From Acidimicrobiaceae bacterium (GTDB lineage Bacteria > Actinomycetota > Acidimicrobiia > Acidimicrobiales > RAAP-2), in the NCBI GenBank assembly GCA_003162395.1, contig PMON01000011.1, positions 3,392 to 67,391 of the forward strand: DNA of 64,000 bases, written 5' to 3'. This document shows, piece by piece, positions 53,986 to 63,720 of this stretch (position 1 is the first letter of the stretch; every line of letters starts with the position of its first letter). A program made the position numbers and the translations under genes. The notes under the pieces are model-generated. The model searched no databases. It was not told the origin of the DNA and was given only the letters and a program-made list of their open reading frames with translations.

Positions 53986-56900
53986 GTGATGGACGAGGGC
54001 CCGCGCGAGACGCTGCGATTCGTCACCGCCACGGCGCTGTTCGACGGCCACGACGCGTCGATCAACCTCATCCGGCGCCTCCTCCAGCGCGAGGGCTGCG
54101 AGGTCGTCCACCTCGGCCACAGCCGATCGGTCACCGAGATCGCCGACGCCGCGGTCGACGAGGACGTCCACGGCGTCGCGATCAGCTCGTACCAGGGCGG
54201 GCACATGGAGTTCTTCCGGTACCTGGTCGACGAGCTCGCGCGACGGGGACGCCCTGCGATCAAGGTCTTCGGCGGCGGCGGCGGCGTCATCATCGCGCGG
54301 GAGATCGCGGACCTCGAGGCGCACGGGGTCGCCAAGATCTTCTCCCCCGACGACGGCGCCAAGCTCGGCCTCGCCGGCATGGCGGCCGAGATGTGCGCGA
54401 TCGCGAGGACCACTGCGCGCCCGCCGATCGACGTCGCGGACGGGCTCTTGTCCGGCGACCGTCTCGCCCTCGCGCGCGCCATCACCTCGATCGAGCACGA
54501 CGCCCTCTCCACGTCGGTGACGACGTCGCTGCGTGCGGCCGCGATCGCCCGTCCGGTCCCCGTCCTCGGGATCACGGGCACCGGCGGGTCGGGCAAGAGC
54601 TCGCTGTCCGACGAGCTGCTCCGGCGGTTCCGCCTCGATCTGGAGGACAAGCTCCGCATCGCGGTCATCGCCGTCGACCCGACGCGGCGGCGCGACGGCG
54701 GGGCGCTGCTCGGCGACCGCATCCGGATGAACGCGATTGACACGCACCAGGTGTTCTTCCGCTCGCTCGGGGCGGGCGGGGCGCCGGGCGGGCTCCCCGC
54801 GCACCTGGGCGACGTCGTCGCGGCGTGTGCCGCGTGGGGGTGCGACCTCGTCGTCATCGAGACCCCTGGGATCGGCCAGGGCGACTCGGGCATCGACGAG
54901 CTCGCGGACGTCTCGCTCTACGTGATGACCCCCGAGTACGGGGCCCCGACCCAGCTCGAGAAGGTCGAGATGCTGGACGTCGCCGACGTGATCGCGATCA
55001 ACAAGTTCGAGCGGCGCGGCGCCGACGACGCCCTCCGCGAGGTGCGCCGCCAGGTCGCAAGGCTGCGCGGCACCCCCGGCCAGGGGCTCGAGTCGCTGCC
55101 CGTCTTCGGAACGGTCGCCGCGCGGTTCAACGACGACGGGGTGACCGCCTTGTACCACGAGATCCGGCGTCGCCTCGCCGGGCACGGTCTCGTCGCGACG
55201 ACCGGGGTCCTCACGGACCCCGGCGTGCACGCCTCGACGCACGCTGACGTCATCATCCCGCCTGACCGGATCGGCTACCTCGGGGAGATCGCCCGGACCG
55301 TCCGCGACTTCCACCGCGAGACCGAGCGGCTCGCCGAGGCCGCCGCGCTCGCCTCGTCCCTGCGGCGGGCTGCCGGGCACCTCGGGGCCAAGGGAGCCGA
55401 CACGAAGGACCTCGAGCTGGCCGAGGAAGAAGCAGCTGCTGGGCTCGACCCCTCGCTGCGCCACGAGCTCGAGCAGTGGCCCGACGAGGTCGTGCGACTG
55501 TCCCAGCCCAGCACCGAGCTCGCGGGCCGCACCGTGGCGCTTCGGAGCACCACGCTGTCGGGCACCGACGTGCCGCGTGTCGCGCTGCCCCGTGGGCTCG
55601 ACGACGGCTCGCTCGTTCGGTTCCTGCGGCGCGAGAACCTCCCCGGGCGCTTCCCGTACACCGCGGGCGTGTTCGCCTTCAAGCGCGACGACGAGGACCC
55701 GACGAGGATGTTCGCGGGCGAGGGCAACGCCGCGCGGACCAACCGCAGGTTCCACCTCTTGGCGCAGGGACAGCCCTCGACGAGGCTCTCAACGGCGTTC
55801 GACTCGGTCACGCTCTACGGCTTCGACCCCGACGAGCGGCCGGACATCTTCGGCAAGGTCGGCAACGCGGGCGTGTCGGTCGCCACGATCGAGGACATGT
55901 CGGTCCTGTACGGCGGCTTCGACCTGTGCTCGCCGACCACGTCGGTGTCGATGACGATCAATGGACCCGCCCCCGCGATCCTCGCGATGTTCCTCAACGT
56001 CGCGGCGGACCAGCACGTGGCCGACGCCGGGGCGCTCGCCGGACGCGCGCTGACCGACGTCGAGCGCGACGGCGCAAGGCGCGAGGCGCTCGAAACGGTC
56101 CGCGGGACGGTCCAGGCCGACATCCTGAAGGAGGACCAGGGCCAGAACACCTGCATCCTGTCGACGGAGTTTGCGCTGCGGATGATGGGCGACGTCCAGC
56201 AGTACTTCGTCGACCACGAGGTCAGGAACTTCTACTCCGTGTCGATCTCGGGGTACCACATCGCCGAGGCCGGGGCGAACCCCATCAGCCAGCTCGCCCT
56301 CACCTTGTCGAACGGCTTCACCTACGTCGAGTCATGGCTCGCGAGGGGCATGCCCGTCGAGTCGTTCGCCCCGTCGCTGTCGTTCTTCTTCTCGAACGGC
56401 ATGGACGCGGAGTACACGGTGCTCGGCCGGGTCGCACGGCGCATCTGGGCGATCGTGCTGCGCGACCGCTACGGGGCGTCGCCGCGAGCCCAGAAGCTGA
56501 AGTACCACATCCAGACCTCCGGGCGGTCGCTGCACGCCCAGGAGATGTCCTTCAACGACATCCGCACGACGCTCCAGGCACTGTGCGCGATCTATGACAA
56601 CTGCAACTCGCTGCACACGAACGCCTACGACGAGGCGGTCACCACGCCGACGGGCGAGTCGGTCCGCCGCGCCATGGCGATCCAGCTCATCATCAACCGC
56701 GAGTGGGGGCTCGCGGACTGCGACAACCCCCTCCAGGGCAGCTACATCGTCGAGGAGCTGACCGACCTCGTCGAGGAGGCCGTGCTCAGCGAGTTCGAGC
56801 GGATCAACGAGCGCGGCGGGGTCCTGGGCGCGATGGAGCTGGGCTACCAGCGCGGCCGGATCCAAGACGAGTCCATGGCCTACGAGCAGCGCAAGCACGA

Positions 56901-57201
56901 CGGCTCGCTGCCGATCGTCGGGGTGAACACGTTTCTCGACCCTGACGCAGCCCCGGTCCCCGACACGATCGAGCTCGCCCGCTCCACGCTCCAAGAGCGC
57001 GAGAGTGCCGTCGAGCGGCGGATCGCGTTCCAGTCAGCGCACGCGAACGAGCGCGAGGCGGCCCTCGAGCGGCTGCGCGAGGCAGCGCTCAGCGGGGGCA
57101 ACACGTTCGAAGTCCTGATGGACGTCGTGCGGTGCTGCACGCTCGGGGAGATCACCGCCACGCTGTTCGAGGTGGGCGGGCGGTACCGGCGGAACCTGTA
57201 G
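53986..57201 (+). CDS. icmF: fused isobutyryl-CoA mutase IcmF (B12-binding domain + MeaB-like GTPase + mutase barrel)
   Basis: N-terminal 'ALFDGHDASINLIRR' (DxHxxG-type B12 motif). P-loop 'GITGTGGSGKSSL'. The C-terminal mutase domain carries 'RMFAGEGNAARTNRRFHLLA' and 'LHTNAYDEA'. Length is 1071 aa. Confidence 0.92.
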   Translation: MMDEGPRETLRFVTATALFDGHDASINLIRRLLQREGCEVVHLGHSRSVTEIADAAVDEDVHGVAISSYQGGHMEFFRYLVDELARRGRPAIKVFGGGGGVIIAREIADLEAHGVAKIFSPDDGAKLGLAGMAAEMCAIARTTARPPIDVADGLLSGDRLALARAITSIEHDALSTSVTTSLRAAAIARPVPVLGITGTGGSGKSSLSDELLRRFRLDLEDKLRIAVIAVDPTRRRDGGALLGDRIRMNAIDTHQVFFRSLGAGGAPGGLPAHLGDVVAACAAWGCDLVVIETPGIGQGDSGIDELADVSLYVMTPEYGAPTQLEKVEMLDVADVIAINKFERRGADDALREVRRQVARLRGTPGQGLESLPVFGTVAARFNDDGVTALYHEIRRRLAGHGLVATTGVLTDPGVHASTHADVIIPPDRIGYLGEIARTVRDFHRETERLAEAAALASSLRRAAGHLGAKGADTKDLELAEEEAAAGLDPSLRHELEQWPDEVVRLSQPSTELAGRTVALRSTTLSGTDVPRVALPRGLDDGSLVRFLRRENLPGRFPYTAGVFAFKRDDEDPTRMFAGEGNAARTNRRFHLLAQGQPSTRLSTAFDSVTLYGFDPDERPDIFGKVGNAGVSVATIEDMSVLYGGFDLCSPTTSVSMTINGPAPAILAMFLNVAADQHVADAGALAGRALTDVERDGARREALETVRGTVQADILKEDQGQNTCILSTEFALRMMGDVQQYFVDHEVRNFYSVSISGYHIAEAGANPISQLALTLSNGFTYVESWLARGMPVESFAPSLSFFFSNGMDAEYTVLGRVARRIWAIVLRDRYGASPRAQKLKYHIQTSGRSLHAQEMSFNDIRTTLQALCAIYDNCNSLHTNAYDEAVTTPTGESVRRAMAIQLIINREWGLADCDNPLQGSYIVEELTDLVEEAVLSEFERINERGGVLGAMELGYQRGRIQDESMAYEQRKHDGSLPIVGVNTFLDPDAAPVPDTIELARSTLQERESAVERRIAFQSAHANEREAALERLREAALSGGNTFEVLMDVVRCCTLGEITATLFEVGGRYRRNL

Positions 57202-57247
57202 CCACGCCCGATGCCGCGTCACACGGACTCGTTAGCGTGGATCCGTT

Positions 57248-58540
57248 GTGTCGCAAACCACGCTCACGCCTCGGGAACGACTGCTCGCAAGACTCCCACC
57301 CAACGTCCATGACCTGATGACGCCGGCGCTCAGGCGCCTGCTGCTCGGCACGCTCATCGGGTTCCTCGGCATGGGCCTTCAGTTCTCACTGTTCGTCCTG
57401 TACTGCCACGACATCCGAGGCTTCACCGACATCATCGCGGGTTGGATGCTCGTGCTGGAGGCGCTCCTCGGCATCGCCCTCTCCCCGCTCTACGGCACCC
57501 TCGTCGATCGGTTCGGCCCCTCCCCCGTCCTTGCCGTCGCGATGCCGATCTCGGCAACCGGAGTGATCGCGATCGGCTTCACCACGACGGTGCCGCTCAT
57601 GTTCGTCGTCGTCTCGGTCTTCTCCGTGGGAGGCGCGGGGATGTGGAGCGCATTCTCGGTGCTCATCACGAGGATCGTCCGCGAAGAGCACCGCCAGGAC
57701 GCCTTCGGGATCAACTTCATGCTCATGAACGTCGGGATCGGTATCGGGTCCCTCGTCGGCACCCAGATCGCGAACCTCCATGACGCGGGGTCGTTCCAGC
57801 TGCTCTACACGATGAGCGGGGCGCTCATGCTCGTCTACGCAGCCATCATGTTCACACTTCGGCGCCACGGCGGGAGACTCGAGACGCCGGTGCACGACGA
57901 CCTCGCCGAGGAGGGGTGGGTCGAGGTGCTGAAGGACCGACGCATGGTCCGTCTCGTCCTCTCATCGCTCGTGGTCATGGTCTGCGGCTACGGCTCGATA
58001 GAGGCCGGGATGCCGCTGTTCGTGACGCAGGTTGCCAAGCTGTCGATCCACTACGTCGGTCTGCTCTTCTTCTTCAACACCTTCACGATCATCGTCGCGC
58101 AGCTCTTCGTGCTGTCCGGCATCAAGGGCCGGAGCCGCTCGTTGCTGATGGGGCTGGTGGGTCTGCTGTGGGGGGCGTCGTGGTTGCTCGCGACGTCGTC
58201 ATTGCTCGTCGGCGCGATCGGCACCGTGGCAATCCTGTGTGTTGGCCAGATCGTCTTCGCGATCGGCGAGACGATCTGGCAGCCGGTCTCCCCCGCGCTC
58301 GTCAACGACCTCTCGCCCGAGCACCTGCGCGGGCGCTACAACGCGTTCATCGGGATCGTGTGGGCTGGATCCGGTGCGATCGGCCAGCTCGTCGCCACGG
58401 TGTTCATCCAGTACGGCCGGGGCCGACTGTGGACGCTCTGCCTCGCGGGAGGGGCCATCGTCGGAGGCCTCGGCCTCACGACGATGCGCAGGGTCCTGAC
58501 CCCCCTCGAGGACGGTCGGGTGCTTCCCGAGCCCGCCTAG
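57248..58540 (+). CDS. MFS transporter
   Basis: About 12 TM segments. It lies 46 nt downstream of icmF on the same strand. Confidence 0.85.
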   Translation: MSQTTLTPRERLLARLPPNVHDLMTPALRRLLLGTLIGFLGMGLQFSLFVLYCHDIRGFTDIIAGWMLVLEALLGIALSPLYGTLVDRFGPSPVLAVAMPISATGVIAIGFTTTVPLMFVVVSVFSVGGAGMWSAFSVLITRIVREEHRQDAFGINFMLMNVGIGIGSLVGTQIANLHDAGSFQLLYTMSGALMLVYAAIMFTLRRHGGRLETPVHDDLAEEGWVEVLKDRRMVRLVLSSLVVMVCGYGSIEAGMPLFVTQVAKLSIHYVGLLFFFNTFTIIVAQLFVLSGIKGRSRSLLMGLVGLLWGASWLLATSSLLVGAIGTVAILCVGQIVFAIGETIWQPVSPALVNDLSPEHLRGRYNAFIGIVWAGSGAIGQLVATVFIQYGRGRLWTLCLAGGAIVGGLGLTTMRRVLTPLEDGRVLPEPA

Positions 58541-58544
58541 TGGG

Positions 58545-58581
58545 GCCAGCGGGAGAGAGGGGCTGGCTCCCTCCCGCTGGC
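58545..58581. terminator. bidirectional hairpin between the convergent MFS and S53 peptidase genes
   Basis: GCCAGCGGGAG (58545-58555) pairs with CTCCCGCTGGC (58571-58581), an 11-bp perfect stem with further partial pairing inside. It fills nearly the whole 43-nt gap between the two stops. Confidence 0.55.
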
Positions 58582-58583
58582 GC

Positions 58584-61500
58584 TCACGACGTGTAGTTGA
58601 ACAGTGCCGTGGGCGTCTCGGCCGACGTGCCGTTGTCACCGACCACGACGATCGCCACCACGCCGGGGTACCCCCCGAGCGCCGCCGGCGAGGTGACGAC
58701 GATCGACTGGGTCGCACCCGGGTCCGTCGCCGCGGGACCCGCGCTGGGCGTCGCGGCGGCGACCTCCTCGCCGAGCCCGTTCACGAGGTACACCGTCAGG
58801 TCAGCAAGCAGCCCGAAGTTGGTGCCCTGGACCACGAAGTTGGTCCCGCCCGAGGTGGGGCCCGATGGCGGGGCGCCGCCGAATGCCTCGGCGCTCGTGA
58901 CCGCCGTCGTGCCCGGGTAGATCACGTCGACCGTCGAGGTGATCGGCGTGCTCGGATCGCCCGTGCCGCACGAGTACTGGCCGCAGACGACCACCGTGTA
59001 GGAGCCCGGCACCATCGAGGGGCTCGAGAGCGTGATCGTGGTGCTCGAGACCACCTTGAAGTTCGCCGGGAACACCGTCACGGGTGGGTCGTTGAAGCTG
59101 TTCGACGAGAAGATGACCTCGGTTGCCTTGTTGACCCCGAGGAAGCCCCCGCCGCTGATGACAAGGGCGGTGCCACCCGCGGAGGGCAGCACGTCCGTGC
59201 TGAGCGACGTCACGTCCTGGATCGCCGCGAAGCTGAACGGCTTGGTGTTCGACGCCCCTGCCACGGTCTCGAAGGACACCGGGATCTTGTTCCCCGTGAC
59301 CGTGGGACTCGGGTCCCCGAACGAGAAGAAGGACAGCGACGTCCCCTTGGCGTTGACCTGGAGCAGCTCGAAGTCCACGGACGACGCCGCGCTCGCGACG
59401 CCGAAGTTCACCCAGTCGAGCGTGAGCACGTTGAGACCCGTCCCGTCGAATACGGCCTCGTTGCCGCCATTGGGGTCGCCGACGAACGACTTGCCGTTGG
59501 GGTTGGTGATCCGGCTGAGCGAGTACGACGTCGCGTAGTCGTACTCGCTGATCGTCGGGTAGCCCTCGCAGCCGCAGGTCGGCGGCACCTGGAGCACGCC
59601 CAGGTTGGAGAAGTTGAAGTAGCCAAAGTAAGGCTTCTTCGCGGCCTCGATCTTGCTCGGGCCCCCGGGCCCGGTCACCTGGACCTGGGTCTGGCAGAGC
59701 CCGAGGCTGCCCGTGTTGGACGCCTTCAGGCACTGCGAAGCGCGCCACTTCGGCGCCACGGCCCAGATGAGCACGTCGCTGTGGACCTTGAACGTCGCGG
59801 CGACGCCACCGAAGGTGACCTTCGTCGCGCCCGTGAACCCGCTGCCGTCGACCTCGACGGTGTTGCCGCCCTTGCCCGGTCCACCGGTCGGTCCCACCTG
59901 CAGGACGACGGGCACGGTGCTGCCCGCGTGCTGGACGACGTAGTGGAACTCGGGCCCGACGGCCACCTCCTTGTCGGTCGTCGTGAGGGCCACGAGGACG
60001 CCGCCGGTGTGGTTGGTGACCCCGTTCAGCGTCGAGTTGGTCGTCGGCGTGGTCTCCGTCGACGTGGTGCCGGTGATCTTGGTGTTCGAGACCACGACGA
60101 AGGTCGCCGCGGGCGAGGTGCCGAAGGTGACCTGGGCGACGTCACTCGTCCCGCCCGGCTTGAATCCCGAGCCGGTGATCACGAACGGCGTGCCACCCGA
60201 GGCCGAGCCGCTCGTGGGGGCGATCGACGAGACCTTGGCCGTCGTGGTGCCGAGCGCCGCGGCGCACAGGCTCGCGGCCAGCCCAGGTCCGACGACGTGG
60301 GGGGCCGCGGTGAGCTCGGGCGAGCCGAGGCCCGAGGCGAGGTCGTAGCCGACGCCCGCCTTGAAGGCGCCGTGCGTCGTGTTGAAGATGTCGTTGTTGC
60401 CCCTGAAGACGTCGTTGAAGCCCGACGCGTAGTCGGTCGGGTTCGAGGCCACCTGGTAGAGGAGCGGGGAGGCGAACCCGACCCCTCGCTTGGTGGACGT
60501 GGAGGCCTGGCACGTCGAGGACGCGTTGATCTCAGCCAGCATCGCGGCCCAGAACGGCGACGACGAGGACGTGCCGCCGATCGTGGTCCATCCTCCGCCG
60601 ATGTAGACCGTGATGCCCGTGTACTCGTCGGCGAAGCCCGTCACGTCGGGGACCGTCCTGCAGACCTCGCCCGTCGGCGCGTGGCAGGGCGTCGTGGACG
60701 AGAGGGCGTTCGCGGAGGCAGGCACCCAGGCCGGCTGCTCCCACAGCCGCGAGATGCCGCCGCCGCCGCCGCCGCCGTCGGCGCCGTCGTTCCAGACCTG
60801 CTCTTGGGGTGGCTGGGACACGCTCACCGCGGTGGTGCCGCCGACGCCGACCACGTAGGGCTGCGACGCGGGGTCGTCCTCGGTCTCAACAGGCGACGTC
60901 GGGTATCCGTTCTGGTACGCGCACGAGTCGTTCCCGCCGTCGCCCGACGAGTTGAAGACGGTCTGGCCCTGTGCGGCAGCCTGCTCGAAGATCAGGTTCT
61001 CCGCGGCAAGCGAGCCCGGCGAGTACGTGAGGGCGTCGGCCTCGCAGAAGCCCCACGACGAGCTCGCCGACTGGGCGAGGTCGTCCGAGACGATGCGGTT
61101 GTACGCGTCGATCGAGCCGGCCTCGGTGTTCGGCGCCTGGTACACGAGGATCTTGGCGTCCGGCGCGATGCCCGAGACGTTCTCGATGTCGAGCGCGGAC
61201 TCCCCCGAGCCCGTGCCCGTGCCCGGGCCCCCGTCGACGTTCACGGCCTTGACCCGGCTCGTGTGGCTCGAGCCGAAGTAGCACGTGTCGAATGCCGCGA
61301 TGTCCGCGGTCGAGTACGGCTCGAGCTCGTAGATCGCCACGGTCTGGCCCTGGCCGAGGTCACCCGCGGTGTAGAGGCCGTCGACCCCGTAGGCGTTCGA
61401 GACCTGGTCGTCGGTGATGCCGCCGAAGCCGAGCTGGGTCGTGCCGACGGCTGCCGGGCACGCTGCCGGCGCCCCGGGTGCACCGTGTCCCGGCGAGCTC

Positions 61501-62147
61501 GAGAAGTGCCGCCCGATCCCGCGGATCGTCGGGCGACGGAGCATGTTGTGTCGCTCGAGCGACGTGTGCGGACGCAACAGGTCGTTGAGGCCGATGACCG
61601 CGGCGACCGACCGCGCGACCGACGCGGGGAGTCGAACCGCCGAGTTGGTCCGCGCCAGCGCACCCGAGGCCAGGCGCACGTTCGAGATGGTCGTCGAGAA
61701 CGCCGCGGAGAACTGTCGGACCGTGCCGCTGACGGACAGGACGAGGTGGTTCGACGAGAGCGCGTCGAGGTGGAGGCCCGCAGCTCGGACGAAGGCCTCG
61801 ACGCTGCGCAGTGACGCCGACGTCGGGCCGAACCGCGCGGCGAACTCGCCGCGCCGGAGGTAGTGGCGGAACATCGGCGAGCGCACGTTGCTCACCTCGG
61901 CGGCGAACGCGGCGAGCGCCGACACGCTCCGAGGGAGCAGGACCACGCTCGTCCCGAGCCGCTGGCTCGAGGGCGTCGAGCCGATGACGTGCGCGCCAGC
62001 GGGGAGCTGGGGCGCGACGATCTCACGAGCCTGGAGTCCCACGGGCTGGCGTGCGGCGAACGCCGCGCTGGGCAGCGCGACGGTGAGGAGGGCCGTCGCG
62101 GCGACGACGCTGACGACGAGGGAACGGACTCCACGCTGGGTGCGCAT
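58584..62147 (-). CDS. secreted S53 (sedolisin/kumamolisin-type) serine peptidase fused to a C-terminal array of IPT/TIG-like Ig domains
   Basis: Signal peptide 'LVVSVVAATALLTVALPSAAFA'. Pro-kumamolisin-like prodomain ('FRHYLRRGEFAARFGP', 'HLVLSVSGTV'). Catalytic blocks 'GESALDIENVSGIAP' and 'IGGTSSSSPFWAAMLA'. At least five 'P.SG...GGT...I.G.GF'-type IPT units follow. Confidence 0.85.
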   Translation of the reverse strand: MRTQRGVRSLVVSVVAATALLTVALPSAAFAARQPVGLQAREIVAPQLPAGAHVIGSTPSSQRLGTSVVLLPRSVSALAAFAAEVSNVRSPMFRHYLRRGEFAARFGPTSASLRSVEAFVRAAGLHLDALSSNHLVLSVSGTVRQFSAAFSTTISNVRLASGALARTNSAVRLPASVARSVAAVIGLNDLLRPHTSLERHNMLRRPTIRGIGRHFSSSPGHGAPGAPAACPAAVGTTQLGFGGITDDQVSNAYGVDGLYTAGDLGQGQTVAIYELEPYSTADIAAFDTCYFGSSHTSRVKAVNVDGGPGTGTGSGESALDIENVSGIAPDAKILVYQAPNTEAGSIDAYNRIVSDDLAQSASSSWGFCEADALTYSPGSLAAENLIFEQAAAQGQTVFNSSGDGGNDSCAYQNGYPTSPVETEDDPASQPYVVGVGGTTAVSVSQPPQEQVWNDGADGGGGGGGISRLWEQPAWVPASANALSSTTPCHAPTGEVCRTVPDVTGFADEYTGITVYIGGGWTTIGGTSSSSPFWAAMLAEINASSTCQASTSTKRGVGFASPLLYQVASNPTDYASGFNDVFRGNNDIFNTTHGAFKAGVGYDLASGLGSPELTAAPHVVGPGLAASLCAAALGTTTAKVSSIAPTSGSASGGTPFVITGSGFKPGGTSDVAQVTFGTSPAATFVVVSNTKITGTTSTETTPTTNSTLNGVTNHTGGVLVALTTTDKEVAVGPEFHYVVQHAGSTVPVVLQVGPTGGPGKGGNTVEVDGSGFTGATKVTFGGVAATFKVHSDVLIWAVAPKWRASQCLKASNTGSLGLCQTQVQVTGPGGPSKIEAAKKPYFGYFNFSNLGVLQVPPTCGCEGYPTISEYDYATSYSLSRITNPNGKSFVGDPNGGNEAVFDGTGLNVLTLDWVNFGVASAASSVDFELLQVNAKGTSLSFFSFGDPSPTVTGNKIPVSFETVAGASNTKPFSFAAIQDVTSLSTDVLPSAGGTALVISGGGFLGVNKATEVIFSSNSFNDPPVTVFPANFKVVSSTTITLSSPSMVPGSYTVVVCGQYSCGTGDPSTPITSTVDVIYPGTTAVTSAEAFGGAPPSGPTSGGTNFVVQGTNFGLLADLTVYLVNGLGEEVAAATPSAGPAATDPGATQSIVVTSPAALGGYPGVVAIVVVGDNGTSAETPTALFNYTS
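60756..60776 (-). repeat. (GGC)7 trinucleotide run encoding Gly7 inside the S53 catalytic domain
   Basis: The plus strand shows seven consecutive GCC triplets. The translation is 'DGADGGGGGGGISRLW'. Confidence 0.9.
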
Positions 62148-62398
62148 TTGACCTGCCTTCTTCGAGGTGCGTCGCAACGATACTGACTAGGCGCCCCTCA
62201 TGACGGGGACCGCGCACCACGCGGTGCCAAACCCCCGCGCCCCGAGGTCAACGCGCGGAGTGGAAGAATCCTCCGACCGTGGGTCGAGGCGGCACGATGC
62301 TCGACGGCCCTGACGCACCACGGGAGCGACGCCCAGGGCCGGCACGAGCCATCTGGTGCAATGACAGTCGGTTCTACGAGTCGAGCAGCATCCGAGTG

Positions 62399-62689
62399 TC
62401 AGCCCACGTTGCGTCCGAGGGTCAGTTCCGAAGGGGAACCTGCTTGGCGGTGGACCGGATGCGGGCCGATCGCCGCGTCGATCTGGCACGCAACGAAGTA
62501 CGCGTCGACGGCACTCACCGGGGTGCCCGCCTCCATCTCGTGCTCATAGGCGCCGATGACGCCGCCCCGGCTCCGGGGCTGCCTCCAGTCGCAAGCGACG
62601 GTGGCTCCGAGGCGCTGCGTCACGCGCACCGACCCGGCGATTCGCTGTGGACCGTCGGCGCTGAAGGCGTGAGCAGCCCGGAGGTGCAC
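62399..62689 (-). CDS. hypothetical protein or gene fragment (96 aa, GTG start)
   Basis: Third-position GC is high throughout. 'GVIGAYEHEMEAGTPVSAVDAYFVACQIDAAIGPHPV' looks protein-like. No SD or family was recognised. Confidence 0.35.
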   Translation of the reverse strand: MHLRAAHAFSADGPQRIAGSVRVTQRLGATVACDWRQPRSRGGVIGAYEHEMEAGTPVSAVDAYFVACQIDAAIGPHPVHRQAGSPSELTLGRNVG

Positions 62690-62726
62690 CGTTGACGTTC
62701 GAGGGTCGACGCTCCAGAATCACTGA

Positions 62727-63347
62727 GTGTCCGCCTCTGTCATCGTCCTGAACGGGCCCAGCAGCAGCGGCAAATCCACGATTGCAGCGGAACTCCAGAA
62801 GCTCTGGCCGCGTCCACTGTGGGTCACTGGACTCGACGTCCTCATTGCGGGTTGGCCGGACTCCTACGTGACGGTCCCTGGCGACGGCGGCACGCCAGCG
62901 GCTCCGAGCACCGGATTGCGGGTTGTCCCCGGACTTGGTCCGGATCCGTCCTGGATCCTCGAACTCGGCGAGGACTTCCACGCGATGACCCAACTCGCGC
63001 ATGAGTCGTGGGCCCTGATGGGCCAGGGTGGTGTGGACCTGCTGATCGACCACGTCACGATCGATGCGACCTTGCGCGAGCAGGCGAGGACCAATCTCGC
63101 CGCTGCCTACTGGGTTGGCGTGACGTGCGACATGGACGAGTTGGCGCGTCGCGAGACCGAACGGGGCGATCGGCACATCGGCTTCGCGTCAGGCTCCCTT
63201 GCAGTCGTGCATGAGGAGATGACCTACGACTTGGTGGTTGACTCGACCAACGCGCCCTCGGCGCTACTCGCCCAACAGATCCTTGACGGCGCTATGGGCT
63301 TCAATGGCGTCGGACGACTCAGCTCGCGCCCAGGACGCACGCAGTGA
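62727..63347 (+). CDS. chloramphenicol-phosphotransferase-like (CPT family) P-loop kinase
   Basis: 'VIVLNGPSSSGKSTIA' Walker A at the extreme N-terminus. The size of about 200 aa and the layout fit the CPT family. Confidence 0.75.
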   Translation: MSASVIVLNGPSSSGKSTIAAELQKLWPRPLWVTGLDVLIAGWPDSYVTVPGDGGTPAAPSTGLRVVPGLGPDPSWILELGEDFHAMTQLAHESWALMGQGGVDLLIDHVTIDATLREQARTNLAAAYWVGVTCDMDELARRETERGDRHIGFASGSLAVVHEEMTYDLVVDSTNAPSALLAQQILDGAMGFNGVGRLSSRPGRTQ

Positions 63348-63668
63348 GCTCAGGCTGCGTCACCAATTCGACAGGCGACCCTCATCCAGCCACCGGCGGC
63401 ACTCGGCGTGCCGGTCCTGCGTGCAGGTCCTCCTTGCGGCCTGCCACGTGCCCCCCCGGCGGACTGGAGCAGTCGCGGATGCGATCATCACCCGTGGCCG
63501 AGCCTGTTCGAGCCGCAACCTCGAGCTCTCGGGCCCCAGCGCGCCCGCGGGATGGCCCGAGCCCAGACGGAGGCCACGCTCCCGCGTCTTATTGCACTCA
63601 GTCCGAAGGATCAGACAGGTGACACGGCGGTGCAGCCGCGCTGCAACGCTGCCGCAATCGCCGTGATC

Positions 63669-63720
63669 TCCAAAGGCAGTTGCAGTGACAATCGTCCAAA
63701 GGCAGTTGCAGTGACAATCG
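63669..63720. repeat. perfect 26-nt tandem duplication (2 copies) in the convergent intergenic region
   Basis: TCCAAAGGCAGTTGCAGTGACAATCG occurs at 63669-63694 and again at 63695-63720. It is relatively AT-rich compared with its surroundings. Confidence 0.9.

Noticed and set aside
53626-55755. 709-aa minus-strand ORF over the acyl-CoA dehydrogenase/icmF junction
   Set aside because: It is a shadow ORF antisense to icmF. The icmF frame carries B12, P-loop and mutase motifs, whereas this frame carries none.
59781-61814. 677-aa plus-strand ORF, together with 41574..42893 (minus) and 43874..45742 (plus)
   Set aside because: All three are antisense to long, motif-supported genes (the S53 peptidase, the RCC1/FN3 protein and the DMFase-like protein). 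All have extreme Arg/Gly/Asp/His composition.
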